NCBI GenBank assembly: GCA_963796315.1 | Contig: CAWCLH010000020.1 | Span: forward strand, 689,039-753,038 | Length of the DNA stretch: 64,000 bases | Source: an uncultured Actinomycetota bacterium | GTDB taxonomy: Bacteria > Actinomycetota > Thermoleophilia > RBG-16-64-13 | Direction: 5' to 3' | Shown here: one piece after another, positions 57,539 to 64,000 of the stretch | How the letters are laid out: every line of letters begins with the position of its first letter | How positions within the stretch are numbered: position 1 is the first letter of the stretch | Notes under the pieces: model-generated | Seen by the model: the letters and a program-made list of their open reading frames with translations, nothing else | Database searches by the model: none | What the model was told of the DNA's origin: nothing | Made by a program: the position numbers and the translations under genes

Positions 57539-58732
57539 TCAGCCTGCCGGCCCAGAGGGCGACTCGCGCACCTGCACCATGACCTTGAAGACGTCGCCCA
57601 GGCCGCCCTCCTCCACCAAGCTCCCCAAGGCGGAGGCCTCGAAGTCGCGGTCCAGCGAGTGCTCCGCCTCTTCGCGCAGGCGGGCCAGCTCCTCCCCCGC
57701 GCCCATGGCCCGCAGCACCGGTCCCAGACCGGTGAACAGCAGCAGGTCGAAACCGCCCTCCGCGCCGGCGAGGGCGAGCGCCCGGAAGTCGACGTCGGCG
57801 GTGATGTCCTGTCCTCCCACGAGGTCGTACGGGGAAGCGCGCCTCTGGTGGCGGTAGTAGCAGCGCAGGCTGCTCCGGTGGGGCTGGACCCGCTCCGGCG
57901 AGGTGGCGAGCAACTCAGGCCCCGCCAGCCAATCGCCGTAGTCGATCGTCACCAGGAACCCCTCCTCGACGACGGTGGCGGCATCGTGGACGAAGTCGGC
58001 GATGCCGGGGCGCACCTCGAGCCGGCCGTCCTGGGTGAACGGACGCACGCCCGCGGCCTCCCGCGTGGAGAAGAGCCCGTCGAGCTCGTGCAGGGCGGTG
58101 CCGGAGGCGGGAAGCCAGCGTTCTTCCAGCTCCTGCTCGTCGGCGGTCAGTCGCACCCAGGCCTCCAGCACCTCGTCGCCCGCCACGTCCAGACGGTGCA
58201 CCGGCAGAGCGTCCAGCAGCTCGTTGGTCACCACGATGGCGACATGGGGAGCGTCCGCCGGATCGGCGAGCACGGGCTGCCACGTCACCGACCAACCCTG
58301 GGCCATGACCGGGCGGAGCGCCTCCAGCTGCCGATCCCGCAGGCCCTCGCCCACCTCCACCAACCGGTAGGCGACGCGATCGCGGAGTTCCGGTCGCTCC
58401 CGAGCCCACCGGGCGAGCACGCCGGCGGCCAGGTCCCCCTCACCCGGACCCACTTCGTAGATCACGACCGGGGCGTCGGCCGCCGACCGGGCTCCGCAGG
58501 CCGTCACCGCCGCGTCCACCAGCTCCGCCAGGAGGTCGGCCAGCGCCCGATTGAAGGCCGGCACCTTGCGCGGTGCGGTGGTGAAGTCGCCGCGTTCACC
58601 CAACCGGCGAGAAGGCGAGGTGTAGTAGCCGGCCTCGGGATCGGTCAGCGCGAGCTCCATGAAGCGCGCGAAGGTGACGAGACCTCCCTCTCTCCGCAGC
58701 GCCGCCCGGATGGATGCAGGAAGAGAGGTCAC
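57539..58732 (-). CDS. MidA/NDUFAF7 family SAM-dependent methyltransferase
   Basis: TFARFMELAL..GYY..GDFTTAP, EVGPGEG, NELLDALPV, IDYG, QDITADVDF, FKVMVQ. Confidence 0.92.
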   Translation of the reverse strand: MTSLPASIRAALRREGGLVTFARFMELALTDPEAGYYTSPSRRLGERGDFTTAPRKVPAFNRALADLLAELVDAAVTACGARSAADAPVVIYEVGPGEGDLAAGVLARWARERPELRDRVAYRLVEVGEGLRDRQLEALRPVMAQGWSVTWQPVLADPADAPHVAIVVTNELLDALPVHRLDVAGDEVLEAWVRLTADEQELEERWLPASGTALHELDGLFSTREAAGVRPFTQDGRLEVRPGIADFVHDAATVVEEGFLVTIDYGDWLAGPELLATSPERVQPHRSSLRCYYRHQRRASPYDLVGGQDITADVDFRALALAGAEGGFDLLLFTGLGPVLRAMGAGEELARLREEAEHSLDRDFEASALGSLVEEGGLGDVFKVMVQVRESPSGPAG

Positions 58733-58760
58733 GTCGCGCGGGCTGTGGGGGCAGACGAGC

Positions 58761-61034
58761 TCACGCGGCCCCGCCGTCGCCCGCGGACGGCGCCTGGCGG
58801 TAGACCGAGTACTCCGCCATGCGCGCCAGGATGCGGATGGAGCTCAGCGGTGAGGGCAGGACCACCGCCGAGTAGCGCTGGCCGCCGGCGGGGAAGACGG
58901 CCCGGTCCATCGGCGTGAACGACACGCTGATGACCGGCTTCTGGAACTCGTTCATCAAAGCCCCCATCTCCGCGATGAAACGCCCCTCACGTTGGCAGAG
59001 GGCGTCGGCGACGGGCAGGTCGCCCGGTCCGAAGGTGACGCCGGCCGCTTCGCGGATGCGCCGGGTTGCATCGATGGACTCGATGGGGGCGGTCAGCATC
59101 CCGACGACGCCCAGGACCACCACGGCGTCCACCACGTCGCTGCGGACGACCGCCCGCACCGCGGTCTCGACAGCACCCGGCGTGAGCGTGCCCACTAGGT
59201 CGACCGGGTTGCCGTGGCTCCAGAACGCGGGCAACACGGCGCTGATCTCCTCGATGACCTCCGCCGGCAGGGTGGCGAGCTCCAGACCGCTGCGGGCCAC
59301 CTCGTCGGCACTGACCACCCCCCAGCCGCCCCCGACCGTGACGACACCCACTCGGCGCCCGCGAGGCAGGGGGAGGCAGGAGAAGCCCAGACCCAGATCC
59401 AAGAACTCGTCCGGGTCGGTCGTCGCGATGATGCCCGCCTGGCGTACCATGCCGTTGAACACCCGGGCGGAGCCGGCCATGGCCCCGGTATGCGACGCCG
59501 CCGCCCGCTGACCTTCCGCGCTCTCGCCCGCGTGCAGGAGGACGATCGGCTTCTTCTGGGTGGTCTCCCGTGCCACCTCCAAGAACCGGCGGCCGTCCTC
59601 GACCCCCTCGACGTAGGCCAGCACCACGCCCGTCTCCGGGTCGTCGCGGAAGTGGGCGAACACGTCGGTGGTGCTGACCAGCGCCTCGTTCCCGACGCCG
59701 ATGAACTTACCCACGCCGGTCTTCCGGCGTTCTGCCCCGGCCATCAGCTGGATGCCCAGGTTGCCGGACTGGGAGATGAAGCTGGCCGGCCCCGGCTCGG
59801 GCTGAAGGATCTTGGCTCCCGTCGCGAAGAAGCGACTCCAGGACGACATGACGCCCATGCAGTTGGGGCCCACCAGCGCCACTCCCTGCTCCTGGGCGGT
59901 GGCCGCCAGTTCCGCTTCGAGAGCGGCCCCGGCGGCGTCCAGCTCGGAGAACCCCGCCGAGATCACCACCACCGCCCGGCTGCCGCGCCTGCCGGCCGCC
60001 TCGATCACCTCGCGCACGGCGGGGGCCGGCACGGCGACCAGCACCAGGTCGGGCGCCTCCGGCAGCTCGTCCAGGGTGGTGTAGGCCCGCTCGCCCAGCA
60101 CCTCTCCCCCGCGGGGGTTGACCCGATACACCGGCCCCGGGTAGTCGCCGCTCAGGATGCTCACCGTGATCATGCCGCCCCACTTCATGGGGTCGTTGGA
60201 GGCGCCCACGACGGCGACGCTGCGCGGATTGAACACGGCGTCCAGATTGGCCATGATCGAGGCGGGCAGCGCCGGACGGACGTGCCGCTGGGCGGGGACG
60301 CCGTCGGGCGAGAGGCTGACCAGCGCGTCCACGGCGACCGGACGGCCGTCGTCCAGCAGCAGCGGGTTGATATCGACCTCGGCGATCTCGGGATGGTCCA
60401 GGGCGAGCTGTCCCAGAGCCTGCAGGATGCCCACGAGGGCCGGGCGGTCGACCGCCGGAGCCCCCCGGAACTCCCCGAGCAGACGGCGGGTGCGGATGGC
60501 GTCCAGCAATCCCTCGGCGTCCCGCTCGCTGAGCGGGGCCACGGCGAAGGCCACGTCGTCCAGCGCCTCCGTGAGCACGCCACCCAAGCCGAACATCACC
60601 ACCGGACCGAACTGCGCATCCCGGAACATGCCGGCGACGAACTCCCGGCCGGTGGGAACGAAGCGCTCCACCAGCACGCCATCCAGGGCCTCGCCTCCCC
60701 GTTCCTGCAGGAGGGCGTAGGCGGAATCCAGGCCGTCTCGGTCGCGCACGTCCAGGATCACCAGGCCGGAGTCGCTCTTGTGCTGGATGGTGCGCGAGAG
60801 ACCTTTGAGGACCAGGGGGTAGCCCAGCGCCCCGGCCGCCTCCCGCGCCTCCTCCAGCGAGTGGGCGGCGATGCCGGCGACGACCGGGATACCGTACGCG
60901 CGGAAGAGCGCCTTGCCGGCCGACTCGTCGAGGGCCCCTTCCCGCCGGCGGAGGGCCTCGTGCAACACCGCCCTCGCCGTCGCGCCACGGTCGCTCGAGA
61001 CCTGTGCGCGGCCGAGCCTCTCCCCCTTCGCCAT
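58761..61034 (-). CDS. ADP-forming acyl-CoA synthetase (acetate--CoA ligase family), beta-alpha fusion
   Basis: N-terminal ATP-grasp (GYPLVLK..HKSDSG, DAQFGPVVMFGLGG, DINPL); then CoA-binding SVAVVGAS, GPNCMG, SQSG, ASHTG, NPVDL. Confidence 0.92.
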   Translation of the reverse strand: MAKGERLGRAQVSSDRGATARAVLHEALRRREGALDESAGKALFRAYGIPVVAGIAAHSLEEAREAAGALGYPLVLKGLSRTIQHKSDSGLVILDVRDRDGLDSAYALLQERGGEALDGVLVERFVPTGREFVAGMFRDAQFGPVVMFGLGGVLTEALDDVAFAVAPLSERDAEGLLDAIRTRRLLGEFRGAPAVDRPALVGILQALGQLALDHPEIAEVDINPLLLDDGRPVAVDALVSLSPDGVPAQRHVRPALPASIMANLDAVFNPRSVAVVGASNDPMKWGGMITVSILSGDYPGPVYRVNPRGGEVLGERAYTTLDELPEAPDLVLVAVPAPAVREVIEAAGRRGSRAVVVISAGFSELDAAGAALEAELAATAQEQGVALVGPNCMGVMSSWSRFFATGAKILQPEPGPASFISQSGNLGIQLMAGAERRKTGVGKFIGVGNEALVSTTDVFAHFRDDPETGVVLAYVEGVEDGRRFLEVARETTQKKPIVLLHAGESAEGQRAAASHTGAMAGSARVFNGMVRQAGIIATTDPDEFLDLGLGFSCLPLPRGRRVGVVTVGGGWGVVSADEVARSGLELATLPAEVIEEISAVLPAFWSHGNPVDLVGTLTPGAVETAVRAVVRSDVVDAVVVLGVVGMLTAPIESIDATRRIREAAGVTFGPGDLPVADALCQREGRFIAEMGALMNEFQKPVISVSFTPMDRAVFPAGGQRYSAVVLPSPLSSIRILARMAEYSVYRQAPSAGDGGAA

Positions 61035-61082
61035 CAGCCTTCTCCTTGGTAGCCCGCGATGCGTACGGCCGTGCGCCGGGGG

Positions 61083-61105
61083 GCCGGGCGGCGGCGCCGC
61101 CCGGC
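61083..61105 (-). terminator. hairpin immediately downstream of ssrA
   Basis: 10-bp stem GCCGGGCGGC/GCCGCCCGGC. Confidence 0.5.
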
Positions 61106-61114
61106 GGTGGTGAG

Positions 61115-61471
61115 TGGAGGCGGGGGGAATCGAACCCCCGTCCGAGACCCGTCTGGACAAAGCTTCTACGAGCGTATCCCCTACTTTGTTGTTTCGCCTC
61201 GCGCCCCCGTAGAGGATGGGTGCGTCTGACTAGCCGCCTTCCTGTCCCTCCGGTGCCGGCGACGCTCGCCGAAGGTGAGTCCGTCTGCATAATGCCGCTC
61301 ATCTCCTCGACGGACGAAGGAGGAGCGACAGGCGCCTAAGGGATTAGCTTAGGCGGCCAGTGCCAGTTCTTCATTGGCAGATGTTGTTTCCAACCTGTTT
61401 AACGAGAACGGTTGGGATCTCGGCTCGCTACTCTGACTCAGACCTGAGCCCCGTCGAAACCAGTCGCCCCC
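61115..61471 (-). ncRNA. ssrA: tmRNA; tag (A)ANEELALAA at 61349-61378
   Basis: 5' GGGGGCGACTGGTTTCGAC, 3' GGTTCGATTCCCCCCGCCTCCA with a G3:U70 acceptor; tag ORF ends LALAA-TAA; adjacent to smpB; TATACT at 61515-61520. Confidence 0.96.
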
Positions 61472-61545
61472 CAGAAGAAGCCGGCCATGCACGGAGTCAT
61501 GCCTGCATAGTCAAGTATATACCAGCCCCGACGACCGGCACGTCC

Positions 61546-62016
61546 CTAGTCGCCCCGTTGACGCTGGCGGAGGGCGCGTTCGACCTCCCGGGCGGCGTCG
61601 CGCTTGGCCATCGCCTCCCGCTTGTCGTAGAGCTTCTTGCCTCGGGCCAGCCCGATCTCCACCTTCACCCGACCGTCCTTGAAGTAGAGCTTGGTCGGTA
61701 CCAGCGTGTAGCCGCTCTCCTTGATCGTGGCGTGGAGCTTGCGCAGCTCTTTGGCGTGCATCAAGAGCTTCCGGCGCCGGAGCGGGTCGTGGTTGAAGAT
61801 GTTGCCCTGGTCGTACGGGCTGATATGCACGCCCGTCAGGTACAGCTCGCCCTCTTCGAAGGACGCGTAGGAGTCGCGCAGGTTCGCCCGTCCGTCGCGC
61901 AGCGACTTGACCTCTGTGCCGGTCAGGACCACGCCGGCTTCGAACGTCTCCTCGATGAAGAAATCGTGGTACGCCTTGCGGTTCTGGGCGATGAGCTTGA
62001 TGCCGACGGGCTTCAT
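61546..62016 (-). CDS. smpB: SsrA-binding protein
   Basis: [47 protein letters not shown]. Confidence 0.97.
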   Translation of the reverse strand: MKPVGIKLIAQNRKAYHDFFIEETFEAGVVLTGTEVKSLRDGRANLRDSYASFEEGELYLTGVHISPYDQGNIFNHDPLRRRKLLMHAKELRKLHATIKESGYTLVPTKLYFKDGRVKVEIGLARGKKLYDKREAMAKRDAAREVERALRQRQRGD

Positions 62017-62195
62017 GGTCCAGGGAGTATACCCGGCTCCTCTCCCGCCCGCGGGAGAGTCAGGTCGCCCGGGCGGCCGCTTGGCCGCCCGGCGTGACGC
62101 CGGAGTGAGGAGGGGGCGGAGGTCGACACGTCGCCTCCGCCCCGGAGGGAGCCGCGGGTCCGCCGGGGGGAGCAGACCGACGGCGGGGTGACCGC

Positions 62196-62879
62196 TCAGA
62201 CGGTCCGAGCCTGGCGCCCCAGTTGACCGAGCAGATGACCGAGCACCAGCATCATCCAGAAGGCGGCGGGCAGCAGCACCAGGATCCCCAGGAACGGCAC
62301 CGCTTGCAGCAGCAGGACGACCAGACCGCCCGCCACCCCCACCACCGACACCACCAGCAACATGAGCAGATACGTCCCCAGGTTCTCGCCCAGGTAGCGG
62401 AGGATCCACCCGAAGTCGAACATGCTGACCCATTGCCCGGTGACCGCGTAGCGGAGCATCGCGACCGGGAACGCCGCCCACAAGACGGCGCCCACCAGCA
62501 GAGCCAGGAAGGCGACCACCAGCAGGCCGGCCCCCGGGGCGGGAGTCAGCACGGCCACGCCGTCGCCGGAGGAGACCGAGGTGAGCTGTGTCCCCTGCAG
62601 GCCCCAGAGCACCGCCAGCAGGCCCAGCAGCAGCACGGGCAGGCTCCAGAGGAAGCTCGCGACCGAGACACCGAAACCCTTGGACACGTACTGACCGAAC
62701 CGGTCCCAGCGCGGCAGCTCCTCCGAGTCGCCCTCGGCCACGCGCCGCGTCACCTCCAGTCCGTACCCCGCCTGAGCCATGTTGGCGATGGGCACGAGCC
62801 CGATGAGGGCACCCAGTGCCACCTTGCCCACCCAGGATGGGTCCTGCAGAGGGAAGGTGACCGCCCGCCCGTACTCCAT
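62196..62879 (-). CDS. DUF4013 family membrane protein
   Basis: [14 protein letters not shown]...GY.LEV.R.V..G...LPRWD.FG...KG pattern; multiple TM segments. Confidence 0.85.
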   Translation of the reverse strand: MEYGRAVTFPLQDPSWVGKVALGALIGLVPIANMAQAGYGLEVTRRVAEGDSEELPRWDRFGQYVSKGFGVSVASFLWSLPVLLLGLLAVLWGLQGTQLTSVSSGDGVAVLTPAPGAGLLVVAFLALLVGAVLWAAFPVAMLRYAVTGQWVSMFDFGWILRYLGENLGTYLLMLLVVSVVGVAGGLVVLLLQAVPFLGILVLLPAAFWMMLVLGHLLGQLGRQARTV

Positions 62880-62969
62880 GCCTCCTCCTTCGCGACCGTG
62901 ACCGCCGACGGCGGGAGCGACCCCGCGTCCTTCCTATCGGCAGCGGGCGGGCCGGAGTAGAGGGTGGGA

Positions 62970-63131
62970 TCAGGCCGGCGGGTCCTCATGGTCCTGGCCG
63001 GCCGCCGAGCCCCGGTGCCGGCGTTCGAGGGGGCCGTGCGGGTGGGCGTGATGGTGGTGGCCCAGATCGCCATGACGCTGTGCGTCTGCCGAGGTCTGCT
63101 GGTCGTCCTGACCGGACGCCGGAGCGGGCAT
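62970..63131 (-). CDS. possible His-rich small protein (53 aa), or read-through extension of the upstream mini-ORF
   Basis: [53 protein letters not shown]; ATG directly follows the upstream TGA in the same frame; no own RBS. Confidence 0.4.
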   Translation of the reverse strand: MPAPASGQDDQQTSADAQRHGDLGHHHHAHPHGPLERRHRGSAAGQDHEDPPA

Positions 63132-63278
63132 TCAACAGCCAGGCTCCCCGGGGTGACCGCAGCAGGGCTGCCGGTTGCGCAGCTTGGACCACTGGTTGCT
63201 CCCGAGGAGCCGCAGCTTGCGAGAAAGGGGCATCGGCCTCCGCAGGTTGTCGAGCCAGGCTTTCGGGTCGGGATTCAT
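63132..63278 (-). CDS. small protein (48 aa) ending CCGHPGEPGC
   Basis: GGAGG RBS; ATG overlaps the rnr stop (ATGA); MNPDPKAWLDNLRRPMPLSRKLRLLGSNQWSKLRNRQPCCGHPGEPGC*. Confidence 0.7.
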   Translation of the reverse strand: MNPDPKAWLDNLRRPMPLSRKLRLLGSNQWSKLRNRQPCCGHPGEPGC

Positions 63279-64000
63279 GGGGTACCTCCGGGTCGGGGGT
63301 GCCGGGCAGAGGGCCGCTCGTCGCGGTCCTCGGTGGGGAGGGCAAGGTTCACCTTGCCCCGAGCCTCGTCGATGCCGGTGACCGTGATCGGCAGCAGGTC
63401 GGCCAATCGGTAGGCGGCGCCGGTCCGCCGTCCCACCAGGGCGGTCCCCAGCTCGTTGAGCTCGTAGTAGTCGCCGGGCAGCACCCGGGCGGGTAGGAAG
63501 CCCTCGTAGAGCTCGTCGAACAGCACGAAGGCCCCGGCGTGGACCAGGCTGACGATCTGCCCCTCGAAGACCGTCTGCCACCCTGCCCCGTCCAGGCGTG
63601 ACTTGAGCAGGTGCGCCAGAGCGATGTCGTCGGCCCGCAACTCCACCTTGGCCGCCTCGCGCTCCATCCGAGAGCAGTGCTCGGCCCACTCGGAGAGGGT
63701 GGAGGTGACCGGACGCTGGTCGAGGCCCAGACGCCCCAGGAGCGCGCGGTGGACGAGGAGATCGGGGTAGCGTCGGATGGGCGAGGTGAAGTGCGTGTAG
63801 GTCCCCAGAGCCAGGCCGAAGTGACCGATGTTCTCGGTCTGGTAGACGGCGCGGGCCTGAGCGCGCAGTACCTGCGATACCAGTGCCTCCTTGCCCCGGC
63901 CTTTGGGCGTGACCCGGTCCACCCACTCGGCCGTCTCGCGCACCACGCGCCGGACCTCGGCGGGCGTGGCCGCCAGGGGGTCGAAGACCGGCGTGGGCAG
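63275..64000 (-). CDS. rnr: RNase R/RNB family exoribonuclease, C-terminal part
   Basis: GHFGLALGTYTHFTSPIRRYPDLLVHRAL plus an S1 domain; 5' part lies beyond the window. Confidence 0.9.
   Translation of the reverse strand: MPTPVFDPLAATPAEVRRVVRETAEWVDRVTPKGRGKEALVSQVLRAQARAVYQTENIGHFGLALGTYTHFTSPIRRYPDLLVHRALLGRLGLDQRPVTSTLSEWAEHCSRMEREAAKVELRADDIALAHLLKSRLDGAGWQTVFEGQIVSLVHAGAFVLFDELYEGFLPARVLPGDYYELNELGTALVGRRTGAAYRLADLLPITVTGIDEARGKVNLALPTEDRDERPSARHPRPGGTP

Noticed and set aside
61035-61115. Integrative element at the ssrA 3' end (also checked at the tRNA 3' ends)
   Set aside because: No duplicated 3' fragment or recombinase is in the window, and housekeeping genes follow directly.

Overview
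High-GC chromosomal backbone of an actinobacterium. A deep-branching lineage such as Thermoleophilia is inferred from the gene complement (mreBCD-pbp2-rodA plus pafBC-like, CwlM-like and ADP-forming ligase genes). About 1-31.6 kb is one minus-strand housekeeping run: tRNAs, tig-clpP-clpX-lon-valS-folC, ndk, maf, mreBCD-mrdA-rodA, a fused TIGR03960/TIGR03936 radical SAM gene, rng, rplU-rpmA-obgE-proBA-nadD, an LCP/LytR protein and a ThiF protein. About 31.9-64 kb is mixed: galE, mtnP, ybdK, an ECF sigma/anti-sigma pair, rex, an AddAB/AdnAB-type helicase-nuclease pair, a PafBC-like WYL pair, a PilT/PilU ATPase, an HDAC, cell-wall hydrolases, aspA, an ADP-forming acyl-CoA ligase, tmRNA, smpB and rnr. 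Many essential genes carry single-base frameshifts, best explained as uncorrected long-read errors, so several boundaries are reconstructed by eye. No prophage, IS, integrase or CRISPR array was seen. The best candidate for an undescribed system is a compact DNA-damage module. A pafBC-like operon sits head-to-head with the addBA-like operon across 68 bp. That gap holds a correctly spaced PafBC/RecA-NDp-type promoter (TGTCCG-N10-TAGAAT) in front of a leaderless addB, and both resection subunits carry a 4-Cys Fe-S staple. A second candidate is a pair of in-frame mini-ORFs after rnr (Cys-rich ...PGC-TGA, then His-rich) with a SECIS-like hairpin.
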